Positions 20,891 to 30,352 of a stretch of DNA of 64,000 bases are shown here, piece after piece. The translations under genes and the position numbers were made by a program. A model generated the notes under the pieces. The model saw nothing but the letters and a program-made list of their open reading frames with translations. It did not search any database and was not told the DNA's origin. The stretch covers positions 160,001 to 224,000 of the forward strand of contig CAWECG010000003.1 in assembly GCA_963807605.1 (NCBI GenBank), read 5' to 3'. Source of the DNA: Candidatus Bathyarchaeota archaeon (GTDB lineage: Archaea > Thermoproteota > Bathyarchaeia > 40CM-2-53-6 > RBG-13-38-9). The stretch's first letter is position 1. Every line of letters starts with the position of its first letter.

Positions 20891-21453
20891 GCGCTAGGTG
20901 GCGCGCGCCAGCCCAAAATACCTATAACAAATTAGGAAGGCTCTAGGCCACAGGAAAAACTGTCTAGCATGTACTCGAAGACTGCTCCGAAATGAGCCGC
21001 GAAATCATGGAAAAGAAGAAATGGTGGAGCTTAGAGACAATCACCCAAGGGCTCTTGAATCCGAGAAACTGGAGGTGATGGGAGAAAAAATGATAGAAGA
21101 AACAGATGAAGAAGAAATGGAGGAAGATGAAGATGATGAGGTTGAAGAAGAGGAAGACCACACGCATAGAGATGGCATCTTCCGAAAAAGAATATTCACT
21201 GCCATTAGATAACCTAGATTTTTAAGAGAGACTAACGCGCCTATGTTAAGGTCTCTTCTCTACCTTTTGTTCCTGGATGAGTATGTTTGGCAGCGCGCGC
21301 GGCATATGCGGCGGTAGCCCGGGGGAGACTGTAGTCTAGATTAGAATTCACACTCTAACCGGTACGATTCTAGGCGAACTGGCCAAGAGACAAATTTGTT
21401 TTTTGTCGGTCAAAAAAAGAGAGAAAATAGGGATGATATTCTGCCTGCTTAGT

Positions 21454-22122
21454 CTAACCTGTAACCTTTATGTTGTTCTCGACTTCAGAGACGCCGGGAG
21501 CACAATAAGCAGCGTATCCCGCTTCATCATAGTCTGCCCAGGAGCCTACGCTGCCACTAAGAATCACCTTGCTACCTGAAATTTCCACCTGAATCTTTTC
21601 GGCATCTCGAAGCAATCTGGCATTTCGTTTAAGTGCCTCTTGGATGTCGTTTTTCACCTCGAACGCCTTAACCGTCGGCACCGGCGGTTTAATAGTAATC
21701 GAGTTGATGACTCCCAAAACCCCTATCAAGTGACGTACGGCATCCTCTGCATACACTTTTTGGTAATACCAATCCACATCGCCACTCAGAGTGATCAAAC
21801 CGTTCTTCACCATGACCTTGACGCGGTCACGCGGTACCCAAACATTCCAGTCGATATTATTTTTTGCCAATCGGGCAATATCCTCGTCGGGCCGCTTGTA
21901 AGAGCTGGGCAGGCTGACCTTGATGCCTTCACCTACCTCCTTGACGCCTGAAACCCGCCTGGCAGCATGCTCCGCAGCCCACTTCTTACCGTAGCTGTCA
22001 ACAACGCCGGTCAACATAACCACTCCATCCTTGACACCAACACCAATCTCCGCCGCACGGATGGTCGGCTCCCACTTGAGCTCATCCATAACATCTTGCT
22101 GCAATTCTGAATCCGTCTTCAC
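21454..22122 (-). CDS. BON-domain (OsmY-like) protein with three BON repeats
   Basis: MKTDSELQQDVMDELKWEP; repeated V.L.G.V....K..A...A....GV..V.N.I. Confidence 0.92.
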   Translation of the reverse strand: MKTDSELQQDVMDELKWEPTIRAAEIGVGVKDGVVMLTGVVDSYGKKWAAEHAARRVSGVKEVGEGIKVSLPSSYKRPDEDIARLAKNNIDWNVWVPRDRVKVMVKNGLITLSGDVDWYYQKVYAEDAVRHLIGVLGVINSITIKPPVPTVKAFEVKNDIQEALKRNARLLRDAEKIQVEISGSKVILSGSVGSWADYDEAGYAAYCAPGVSEVENNIKVTG

Positions 22123-22401
22123 AATTCCACCTCCTCGCGCCCTTAACCCGCACTCTGATATCTTGACGCGACCCGATATGTACTTATTGCATCTGAACGA
22201 TGCGAACAGGATTATTCTAATAGGTCGGATGCGGATAGATGATCATTGGCGAAGAGAAAGGCGGGATCTTGCTTGTCACCTGATTTGGAATCTATGACTC
22301 TCCCGTATGCACGAGAGGATAGCAAGTATCATCTCAAGTGTGACAGGCATCCAGCATTGGTAGGGGAAGATTGGTTATGGATTTTTGTGGAGGTGATTTA
22401 G

Positions 22402-22926
22402 ATGGTTGAAAAGAAGGAGAAAACATCAGTTAGGGAGAAGAAGAAAATTGGGGAGATTGCACCATGGCATCCCACAGATTATCTGCAGTATATGGATCGA
22501 ATGTTCGGAGACCCTTTGAGGGGTTTTGGAAGCATGCTTGCTCCGATCGGAGCCAGCTTGATGAGACCCTGGTCATCATTGTTCGAACTACCTGAAGTGA
22601 GAGAGCCTTCGACGGACCTAGTCGATGCCGGCAAAGAATATCTAATCCGTGCCGAGATTCCTGGCATCCCGAAGGAGAATCTAAACATCACTGTAACTGC
22701 AAGAGGCATCGAGATAGAAGGCGAGGCCAAAACAGACATCGAGCAAGACAAGTTGGGGTTCGTGCGTAGGGAGAGAAGTTACTCTATGGTTCATAGGAGC
22801 CTAGCGTTCCCTGAAGAGGTCATCCCAGATAAAGCTGAGGCAACGCTGAAAGACGGTCTGCTGGAAGTTAAAATTCCCAAGAAGACGCCTACTGAAATCA
22901 AGAAGTACAAGCTAGAGATCAAATAG
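22402..22926 (+). CDS. Small heat-shock protein Hsp20
   Basis: Alpha-crystallin domain: AEIPGI.KE, A.LKDGLLEVKIPK. Confidence 0.93.
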   Translation: MVEKKEKTSVREKKKIGEIAPWHPTDYLQYMDRMFGDPLRGFGSMLAPIGASLMRPWSSLFELPEVREPSTDLVDAGKEYLIRAEIPGIPKENLNITVTARGIEIEGEAKTDIEQDKLGFVRRERSYSMVHRSLAFPEEVIPDKAEATLKDGLLEVKIPKKTPTEIKKYKLEIK

Positions 22927-23082
22927 GCCTTGCGTATCTCTCTTGGTGTGCTCATGCACGACAGGAATACAGCAGCTGTACCTTACAGAGGCACATTTCG
23001 CAAGTATAGTGTGGATACGCTTCCATGTATCAATACGCAGTCAAGTAGAGCGCGCGCGCCGAAAAAGGACCTGGATAAAAAG

Positions 23083-23158
23083 TGTGGCGGGCCCGACGGG
23101 CTTCGGAGCGTTATTGGTTCTAGATTTGGTTTCATAATTCGACCGGGTTCATATCTCG
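23083..23158 (+). repeat. Dispersed repeat B, copy 3
   Basis: TGTGGCGGGCCCGACGGG...GCGTTATTGGTTCTAGATTTGGTTTCATAATTCG..CGGGTTCA aligns with 7355-7425 and 2346-2395. Confidence 0.75.
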
Positions 23159-23238
23159 GAAGCGAGAGCGCTATCTAGCTCTAAAGGTGTCTTGGTTACC
23201 TCCTATGTGAGTGGTATCCATTAACAAAGACTAAGAAC

Positions 23239-24351
23239 ATGCAGTTAGGATTTATGGGTGATGCAGTGTTGCCAAGCTTTACAGAATCATCGAAGTTGAA
23301 AATTCGCCAATATATAGACGTCCTAAACTTTGGCCATTTTCTGGCAATTACGGACGAAACTGGTATGCTTCAATTCTCAAAGTTCAGCATTCCAGATAGA
23401 AGGCTTGGCTACACAACAGATGATAATGCACGTGCCTTGGTTGTATCTACAAGGCAGTATGAGCTGAAAATGGGCGATAACTGGTCAGCTCTGGCCGCCA
23501 AGTTTCTCGCTTTCCTCATGTGGATGCAGAGGCCAGACGGACGTTTCCACAACTTCATGAGCTACACGCGTGAAGTCAGTGACGATTATGATTCAGGCGA
23601 TCATCTGGGCAGGGTTCTGTGGGCTACAGGCTGCGTTGTCGATTCGCGTCTTCCAAGCGGTACTCGAGCTTCCGCAAAAGAAGTTTTTGACAAAGCCCTG
23701 CCATGGGCGCTTCAATCGACATCTCCCAGAGTTATCGCACATGCAATCAAAGGCCTATGCAGTTACCTACGCCAACATAGTGAAGACGAGAATGCCAGGC
23801 GAGATTTATCTTACTTGATGAACCAGCTCGTCAAGTTACATGGACAAAATTCCTTTGGCGAGTGGCAATGGTTTGAGGGCATACTCTCTTATGAGAATTG
23901 GCGGCTACCCGAGAGTCTCTTTGAAGCTTTTCTAGCTGGAGAAAAATGCTTGGAAATTGCAGTGAAATCCCTCGAATTTCTGATCGATATCGAATTCAGC
24001 GGGGATATGCTGATTCCAGTAGGATCCGAAGGCTGGTACCCGCGAAACGGGGTTAGGGCCGAATTTGATCAGCTACCAGTGGAGGCTGGATCGGCTGTTG
24101 AAGCATTGGCGACTGCAGCCAAAGCAGTGGGTTCTTCACATTACTGGGATCTGGCGTCGAAAGCCATGGAATGGTACCATGGGACAAACCAGAAAGAGGT
24201 TGAGTTATATGATGCTAGAACTGGCGCATGTTACGACGGGATAACTCCAGAAGGTTTGAACCTGAACCAAGGGGCTGAGTCGACACTCTCATATCTACTA
24301 GCTGTGACCCGGCTCCAAAGCATAGCACTGGGTCAAGCTAGGAGCTACTAA
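23239..24351 (+). CDS. Six-hairpin glycosidase-like protein (domain often fused C-terminally to a GT4 in bacteria)
   Basis: TDETGMLQ, GYTTDDNARAL, FHNFMSY, FDQLPVE, NLNQGAESTL. Confidence 0.8.
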   Translation: MQLGFMGDAVLPSFTESSKLKIRQYIDVLNFGHFLAITDETGMLQFSKFSIPDRRLGYTTDDNARALVVSTRQYELKMGDNWSALAAKFLAFLMWMQRPDGRFHNFMSYTREVSDDYDSGDHLGRVLWATGCVVDSRLPSGTRASAKEVFDKALPWALQSTSPRVIAHAIKGLCSYLRQHSEDENARRDLSYLMNQLVKLHGQNSFGEWQWFEGILSYENWRLPESLFEAFLAGEKCLEIAVKSLEFLIDIEFSGDMLIPVGSEGWYPRNGVRAEFDQLPVEAGSAVEALATAAKAVGSSHYWDLASKAMEWYHGTNQKEVELYDARTGACYDGITPEGLNLNQGAESTLSYLLAVTRLQSIALGQARSY

Positions 24352-25283
24352 TTCTGATTGACAAGCCATCTGAGAAGCTCATCAAGGGGTGCTGTTGCCA
24401 GACAGGTCACAGTGTCCGCCGCACCGTAGAAGACATGAAGAAATCCATCCAACACCATTGAAGCTTCTGGAAACACAACCATCTTAACAAACCCATACTT
24501 CTCGTAGGGCTCGGTCGGCTCTAGTATAGGCGTCTTCGATCTGGCCACGATCTTGAAAGGTTCATCAAGATCCGCTAGTGCTATACCGACTCTGTAGGTA
24601 AGGTTGTCGTCAACACCGTGGTATATCATTAGCCAGCCCTCTGGCGTCTTGATTGGGGGAGGGCCCAGTCCGATCTTCTTGTGTTCCCAAGACTCCTCTG
24701 GCTTCATAATCGTATATGTTTCTAAGTTGCGAAGATATTCAGACCAGTATTGAGATCGGATCTCATAATTGGACAGAGCCTCAAATTGAGTTTCGTTGAA
24801 ATATGCAATCTGTATTGAAGGCTCAATTCGATGAATCATCACAAAATTTTCATTGATAGTTTCAGGAAAAAGTGCTGCATCTTTGTCCGCCAGTTCGGGT
24901 CCTATGATACCCCTCTTCTCAAATTTCTTGAGATCGGAACCTAATGCCAAGGCCACTCTTGTTCCCGTCCTCGAATAAGCGGTGTATAGCATATAGTATC
25001 CATTGCCGATCCTGGTTATTCTTGGATCTTCGCAACCTAACTCTTCCCATCGATATTTTGGAGCCATGATCGGATGGTCCGATCTCTCAATGGACTTCAT
25101 GTTGCGATCAAATGAAGCGTATCCTATGGATGAAATCATTTTTTCGTCGACTGATCTATAGAACAAGTAGAATGTATCATTCTCAAGAATTCCGCCTGGA
25201 TTGAATGTAGCCTTCTCTTCCCAACTGTTTTTTGGACGCGGTTCTATCAGGGGATTCAGATGAGACCTTTGGAGGGTAAACAG
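24348..25283 (-). CDS. GH130 family beta-mannoside phosphorylase/glycosidase; extends upstream of the track ORF, with a probable CTG start at 25283
   Basis: NPLIEP...WE..ATFNPG upstream in frame; GCEDPRI, DKDAALFPE, WLMIYHGV, VVFP, FYGAAD. Confidence 0.88.
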   Translation of the reverse strand: MFTLQRSHLNPLIEPRPKNSWEEKATFNPGGILENDTFYLFYRSVDEKMISSIGYASFDRNMKSIERSDHPIMAPKYRWEELGCEDPRITRIGNGYYMLYTAYSRTGTRVALALGSDLKKFEKRGIIGPELADKDAALFPETINENFVMIHRIEPSIQIAYFNETQFEALSNYEIRSQYWSEYLRNLETYTIMKPEESWEHKKIGLGPPPIKTPEGWLMIYHGVDDNLTYRVGIALADLDEPFKIVARSKTPILEPTEPYEKYGFVKMVVFPEASMVLDGFLHVFYGAADTVTCLATAPLDELLRWLVNQN

Positions 25284-25463
25284 TCTGATTACCTACTGTG
25301 AATAGTGCGCGCTATACTGCATGACCTCAACGGTCAAACTGACCAACCTCTTAAGCTTTTTCTCGACAAGAACCCTTCTTTATTTACAGATGTCTTACCA
25401 TTCATGTAACTGCGATGTTCTTGCATACCAAGATTTTGGATTGTCAGGTGACATTAATAGGCG

Positions 25464-27074
25464 TCAAAGTCCAAGGGCTTGATAGAACAGGTTAACGTAC
25501 CTCATACCAACGCTTGGCCATATCATGTCTCTGCTATACTCATATGCCCTTTTCTCGAGCCCTTGACGAAGCTTGCTGTCTTTGAGGATCATCATTACGC
25601 TATCTGCGATGGAGTTAGGGTTCTTGAATTCACATGCAAGGGCTGCACCGTTGTTTATCACTTCTTCAGCATGAAGAAAAGGAGTTGCAACAATTGCTTT
25701 GCCTGTGCTCAGAGCATATGAGAGTGTTCCACTACTGATCTGTTCCCGATTGGGATAGGGGGTTATATAGATGTCTGTCGCCTGTAGGTATCTGAGCAAC
25801 TCATTTTCAGGTAGAAAACGGTTTACGAATCTGACGTTCTTCTGCAATCCCAGAGAATCAACCAAGTCAAGCAAGGATTCTCGATATGTTTCACCTTCGT
25901 GTTTTCTGACTTCTGGATGGGTCTCTCCAATGATCAAATAGAGAGTCTGTGGATTCTCTTTCACGATTTGCGGCAGCGCCTCAATAACATATTCCATCCC
26001 TTTTCCACGGCTCAGCAATCCGAAAGTTGATAGTACGACGCGATCTTTCAAACCCAAGCTTTGCTTAAGCACTGTAGTTCCCATATATGGTACGTTCGGG
26101 CATCCATGAGGGATATGTCTGATCTTGTCTGTAAAACTACCGTAGAGTTGTCCCAATATTTGTATGCCAATCCGAGCCATCACTACAACAGAATCACTGT
26201 ACTGAAGGATCTGCTCGAGAACTCTTCTTGCTTCGGGCACTGGATCTTGTAGGACTGTGTGGAGCGTAGTAATAAGAGGCTTCTCTAGACTTTCCAACAA
26301 CGTGATTACATGCTTGCCCCAAACTCCCTCGAATAGGCCGTACTCGTGTTGAAGATTCACAATGTCGATGTCGGACCCGTTGATATATTCAGCCGCCTTC
26401 TCATACGATTCAATTTCGTCTGTGTCGATCTGGAATTTCACTGTGGATCCATAATTGTAGTGGCCGCCTCTATCATTTATTGCAACAATAGCTGGTGACT
26501 TTACAGCGCGAGCACGAAGCGTAGATACAGCATCAACGAGATCTTTTGTATATGTTGCTATCCCACATTCGCGTGGGGGATATGTACTCACATAGGCGAC
26601 TCTTATCATCTGGGTCTCATAGTCAACTGCGTTTTTGGGAAGACCGTAATCTTTCATCATATAGTGGCCATAAGCGATCTGTAGCAGTATCTTTTCCGTA
26701 GTAAGGCCGATAAGCGACCCGTTTTTGATTATAATCAGTCTTCTAATGTTGTGGTTGCGCATTGCTTCTATTGCGTCAGCTATTGACCGCTCAGCTTCGA
26801 TCGTTACAAGAGGTTTGGACATTATGTCTTTGACAGGCGTTACCTCAAGATCTCTCCTTGGCTTGATAACTCTCTGTAGTACATCTTTTTCTGTAATTAT
26901 ACCCACAGGATGATTATTCTCCACAACTACTACGGATCCGACATTTTCCTTCATCATCAAATCCATTACAGTAGAGATTGAATTTAGAGGAGAGACGGTG
27001 GGTGGATTAGGCCTCATGTTTGTCTGGACGGATAGGCTGAGAACTTCCTTTAGATAAGAATCTGATTTTTCCAT
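25464..27074 (-). CDS. CBS-pair domain fused to a GT4 glycosyltransferase
   Basis: N-terminal GIITEKD CBS pair; then STYPPRECGIATYT, QHEYGLF, TFGLLSRGKG, SSGTLSYA. Confidence 0.9.
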   Translation of the reverse strand: MEKSDSYLKEVLSLSVQTNMRPNPPTVSPLNSISTVMDLMMKENVGSVVVVENNHPVGIITEKDVLQRVIKPRRDLEVTPVKDIMSKPLVTIEAERSIADAIEAMRNHNIRRLIIIKNGSLIGLTTEKILLQIAYGHYMMKDYGLPKNAVDYETQMIRVAYVSTYPPRECGIATYTKDLVDAVSTLRARAVKSPAIVAINDRGGHYNYGSTVKFQIDTDEIESYEKAAEYINGSDIDIVNLQHEYGLFEGVWGKHVITLLESLEKPLITTLHTVLQDPVPEARRVLEQILQYSDSVVVMARIGIQILGQLYGSFTDKIRHIPHGCPNVPYMGTTVLKQSLGLKDRVVLSTFGLLSRGKGMEYVIEALPQIVKENPQTLYLIIGETHPEVRKHEGETYRESLLDLVDSLGLQKNVRFVNRFLPENELLRYLQATDIYITPYPNREQISSGTLSYALSTGKAIVATPFLHAEEVINNGAALACEFKNPNSIADSVMMILKDSKLRQGLEKRAYEYSRDMIWPSVGMRYVNLFYQALGL

Positions 27075-27152
27075 AGCAGTAAGTTAGTTCGAGGTCTCAG
27101 ATATCTATTCGTAAGTACTTCTAAGTGATCTTATCACGCGCAAAGCGCGCGC

Positions 27153-27231
27153 TATAGATAACTGGCTGTTTTGTGTGGTCACGTGGATGCTGGTTTTCCG
27201 ACGTGGACATCCACGCGGACATTTCTGGGAT
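27153..27231 (+). repeat. Dispersed repeat D, copy 2
   Basis: Aligns with 20811-20890; starts immediately after GCGCGCGC at 27145-27152. Confidence 0.88.
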
Positions 27232-27319
27232 AATGTTAGCTTGCGTGCGTTACGTATGTCGTGTCTTAGAACCAAAGCTTCACCTGCGGAGATGAAGATA
27301 GAATACTGCTGAACCTGTC

Positions 27320-27559
27320 ATGCCGAGAAGAAAGACTTCTAACACAATATCAGACGTTTTGAATTCTGCTGAGAATCTCAAGAATAGCATTGCGGCTGTT
27401 CCAGCTGACATTCAAGATGGAATCAGAGACTTGGCTCTTGCAATAATCAGCAAGCCTGTAAAGAGGCGTGGTCGTCCACCGAAGAAAAGAGTAAGACCAA
27501 AGACGAGAGTTAGGATGCCGAAGCCCAGGGCGCGCGCTAGCTGGTGGGACTTCAAGTGA
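27320..27559 (+). CDS. Small basic protein with an AT-hook-like motif; the C-terminus crosses a GC run
   Basis: KRRGRPPKK; GCGCGCGC at 27530-27537. Confidence 0.6.
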   Translation: MPRRKTSNTISDVLNSAENLKNSIAAVPADIQDGIRDLALAIISKPVKRRGRPPKKRVRPKTRVRMPKPRARASWWDFK

Positions 27560-27829
27560 TGGCCAATGTTCAATACTAGAGGTTAAGCCGAGGAGTTTAG
27601 ACCAAAGAATTCCAGCCTATGTTGGGAATAAGCATTTAATTGAACAGTTGGAAAAACATCTTTACAAGTAATGCTTTCAAGGTTAATATGTTGAGGTCGT
27701 ACGTTGTAATCATGCCGCATGATCAATCGTAACTTAGCTTGTTTGCAACAGTTTCAGCACGCTATGTTTAATAATGGTTAAAAATCTACGTTTTCAGTTG
27801 GGGCTAATTATTACTTAGGTGGTTTAAGA

Positions 27830-28804
27830 ATGCCTAGGATCTACGCAGAGTTAGGTCTGGTGAACACTAAGGAAATGTTCAGTAAAGCCTACGAAGGAGG
27901 CTACGCTATTCCAGGTTACAACTTCAATAACATGGAGCAACTGCAAGCCATCATAATTGGATGCGCAGAAACAAGCTCCCCAGGGATTCTTCAGGTGTCT
28001 AAAGGAGCTCGGACTTATACCAATCAGGCTCTACTGAGGTATATGGCGATAGGAGCCGTTAAGATGGTACGGGAAATGAATAGTCAAATTCCTATTGTTT
28101 TGCACCTAGATCACGGTGACACCTCTGAATTATGCAAGGCTTGCGTGAACAACGGTTTCTCATCTATAATGATAGACGGATCATTTTTGCCTTACGAAGA
28201 GAACGTTGCATTGACAAGGAAGGTTGTAGAATACGCGCATAACTTTGACGTGAGCGTTGAGGGCGAGCTTGGAGTTCTGGCAGGCATCGAAGAGGAAATC
28301 GGTTCCAAAGAAATCCATTACACCAAACCTGAAGAAGTCAGGGACTTCGTCGAGAGAACAGGGCTAGATAGCCTAGCAATCTCAATAGGAACCTCCCACG
28401 GAGCATACAAGTTCAAGTTGAAGCCTGGAGAACCTGCACCAACATTAAGGTTTGACATCTTAGATGAGGTAGCTAGAAGGTTACCGGGATTCCCAATAGT
28501 TCTACATGGAGCTTCCTCTATCCTCACGAAATATGTGGAGATCATAGATGACTTCGGAGGAAACTTGGAGGGTGCTGCCGGGATACCTGAGGATCAGCTC
28601 AGAAGGGCAGCTAGGTCTGCAGTTTGTAAAATAAACATTGACACCGACGGCCGATTGGTATTTACCGCCATGGTTAGAAAATATCTTGCGGAAAACCCTA
28701 AGGAGTTTGACCCAAGAAAATACTTGGGAGTAGCTCGGCAAGAACTTATCGAGGTCATAAAGCAGAAAAACATCAATGTGTTCGGTTCAGCATGGAAGGC
28801 ATGA
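27830..28804 (+). CDS. fba: Class II fructose-1,6-bisphosphate aldolase
   Basis: LHLDHG, MIDGS, VEGELG, IGTSHGAYK, VLHGAS, KINIDTD, FDPRKYL. Confidence 0.95.
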   Translation: MPRIYAELGLVNTKEMFSKAYEGGYAIPGYNFNNMEQLQAIIIGCAETSSPGILQVSKGARTYTNQALLRYMAIGAVKMVREMNSQIPIVLHLDHGDTSELCKACVNNGFSSIMIDGSFLPYEENVALTRKVVEYAHNFDVSVEGELGVLAGIEEEIGSKEIHYTKPEEVRDFVERTGLDSLAISIGTSHGAYKFKLKPGEPAPTLRFDILDEVARRLPGFPIVLHGASSILTKYVEIIDDFGGNLEGAAGIPEDQLRRAARSAVCKINIDTDGRLVFTAMVRKYLAENPKEFDPRKYLGVARQELIEVIKQKNINVFGSAWKA

Positions 28805-29850
28805 ATTTGAAGACTAATGCTGGCAAAGTCGGAATCTTGACAGGCGGAGGGGACTGCCCTGGCATGAACGCCGTTATAAGGGCCATAGTACGGAAAGGGA
28901 TACAAGACTACAACTATACAGTCATGGGCATTAGGAACGGGTGGAAGGGTCTACTCGACCAGGATTTCTGTGATTTAGACCCGAAATCAATTTCGGGAAT
29001 ACTGAATAAAGGCGGAACAATACTTGGGACATCAAGAACCAACCCCGGAAAGATCCCGAAAGGATACGAGAAAGCTCGCAAGAACCTGAACAAACTCAGT
29101 TTAACATCTCTCATAGCCATAGGGGGAGACGACACGCTAGGGGTAGCTTACAGGCTTTACGAGATGGGGTGCCCGATTGTAGGCGTCCCCAAGACCATCG
29201 ACAATGACCTATATGCCACCGACCTCACTTTTGGCTTCGACACTGCCATAAACGTCGTCATGGAAGCCCTAGACAGGCTCCACTCGACAGCTGAATCTCA
29301 TCACAGAGTCTTGGTAGTTGAAGTTATGGGCAGGAATACTGGCTGGATAGCAGTGTACGGCGGTATCGCGGGAGGAGCAGATGCAATACTAATTCCAGAG
29401 GACCCTTTCGACGTAGACGACGTCTGCTGTATTATAAGGAAGAGGCAATCTCGAGGAAAGAATTTCAGCATAGTCGTGGTTGCTGAAGGAGCCATTCCTA
29501 AACAGATAGGTAAAGCCGTCGCGGCAGATGAGATGGACGAATTCGGCCACGCCAGGTTTGGGGGGGTAGGAGGCTATTTGGCGAGAGAGATAGAGAAAAA
29601 AACAGGGCTTGAAACCAGAGCCACAATTCTAGGTCACATACAACGGGGTGGTGAACCGACGGCCTTTGACAGGGTTCTAGGGACAAGATTTGGGGTGGCG
29701 GCGATAGACCTTGTGGCTAAGAAGAAGTTCGGCTACATGGTAAGCTTAAAGGGTAATAGGATTGTGCCCGTGCCTCTGAAAAAAGCTGTTTCAAGACTTA
29801 AGACAGTTGACCGCGAGATATATGAAATATCAAAGATTTTCTTTGGATAA
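28801..29850 (+). CDS. PfkA-family phosphofructokinase with a PPi-type signature
   Basis: TGGGDCPG, GGDDT, PKTIDND, EVMGR, LGHIQRGG; ATG at 28801 overlaps the fba stop. Confidence 0.93.
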   Translation: MNLKTNAGKVGILTGGGDCPGMNAVIRAIVRKGIQDYNYTVMGIRNGWKGLLDQDFCDLDPKSISGILNKGGTILGTSRTNPGKIPKGYEKARKNLNKLSLTSLIAIGGDDTLGVAYRLYEMGCPIVGVPKTIDNDLYATDLTFGFDTAINVVMEALDRLHSTAESHHRVLVVEVMGRNTGWIAVYGGIAGGADAILIPEDPFDVDDVCCIIRKRQSRGKNFSIVVVAEGAIPKQIGKAVAADEMDEFGHARFGGVGGYLAREIEKKTGLETRATILGHIQRGGEPTAFDRVLGTRFGVAAIDLVAKKKFGYMVSLKGNRIVPVPLKKAVSRLKTVDREIYEISKIFFG

Positions 29851-30006
29851 ACTCCCTAAATGCGATAAACCATCTAAGATGGCAGTTCTTTCTAGTTTCA
29901 TTCCATGTTTTCCTACAATCAAACTAGTTGAAACATTTATACTATTGTGCTCTTCATGTGCTTTTTCTTAGTAGCAAACCCGAGTCGTTCATTTAGCAAG
30001 CGCGCG

Positions 30007-30136
30007 CTAAGAAAAGCAGAATTGAAAGCTGTTTGCGACCCAATGTATGGGACAGCTAGGGGATACTTGGATCTTATCTTGCGCAGTATCGGTTGTGAGG
30101 TCACGGTAATTCACGATGAGCTTGACCCTGACTTCG
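30007..30136 (+). pseudogene. Internal fragment of phosphomannomutase/phosphoglucomutase
   Basis: LKAVCDPMYGTARGYL...IHDELDPDF matches domain II; starts at the GC run at 30000-30007. Confidence 0.8.
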
Positions 30137-30276
30137 ATAGGCTACAGACACCAGATAAGAAGTAAGAGTGTAAATTTCTAATAGAAAAATTACCTATTTT
30201 CTGTATAATAGAAGAAAAAAGAAGAACCAATATCATCCGTAAAAAAGAAGTAAACCTAATAGAAGTTTGTAAACTA
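30137..30276 (+). repeat. Dispersed repeat C, copy 2
   Basis: Aligns with 3984-4118 (inverted); ends exactly at GCGCGCGC 30277-30284. Confidence 0.85.
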
Positions 30277-30352
30277 GCGCGCGCTCAGGAATGATAGAGT
30301 GTTGAACCAATGCGCTATCGCTGGATAATATCCAGTCAAACTCGTCCTTACC

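Noticed and set aside
21021-21212. Acidic 63-aa ORF
   Set aside because: Low-complexity GAA-rich tract between joints; cannot support it as a gene.
18230-23110. Island bounded by tRNA-Val and an att copy at 23083
   Set aside because: The tRNA-like piece is inverted and mismatched, so it is not a direct-repeat att pair.
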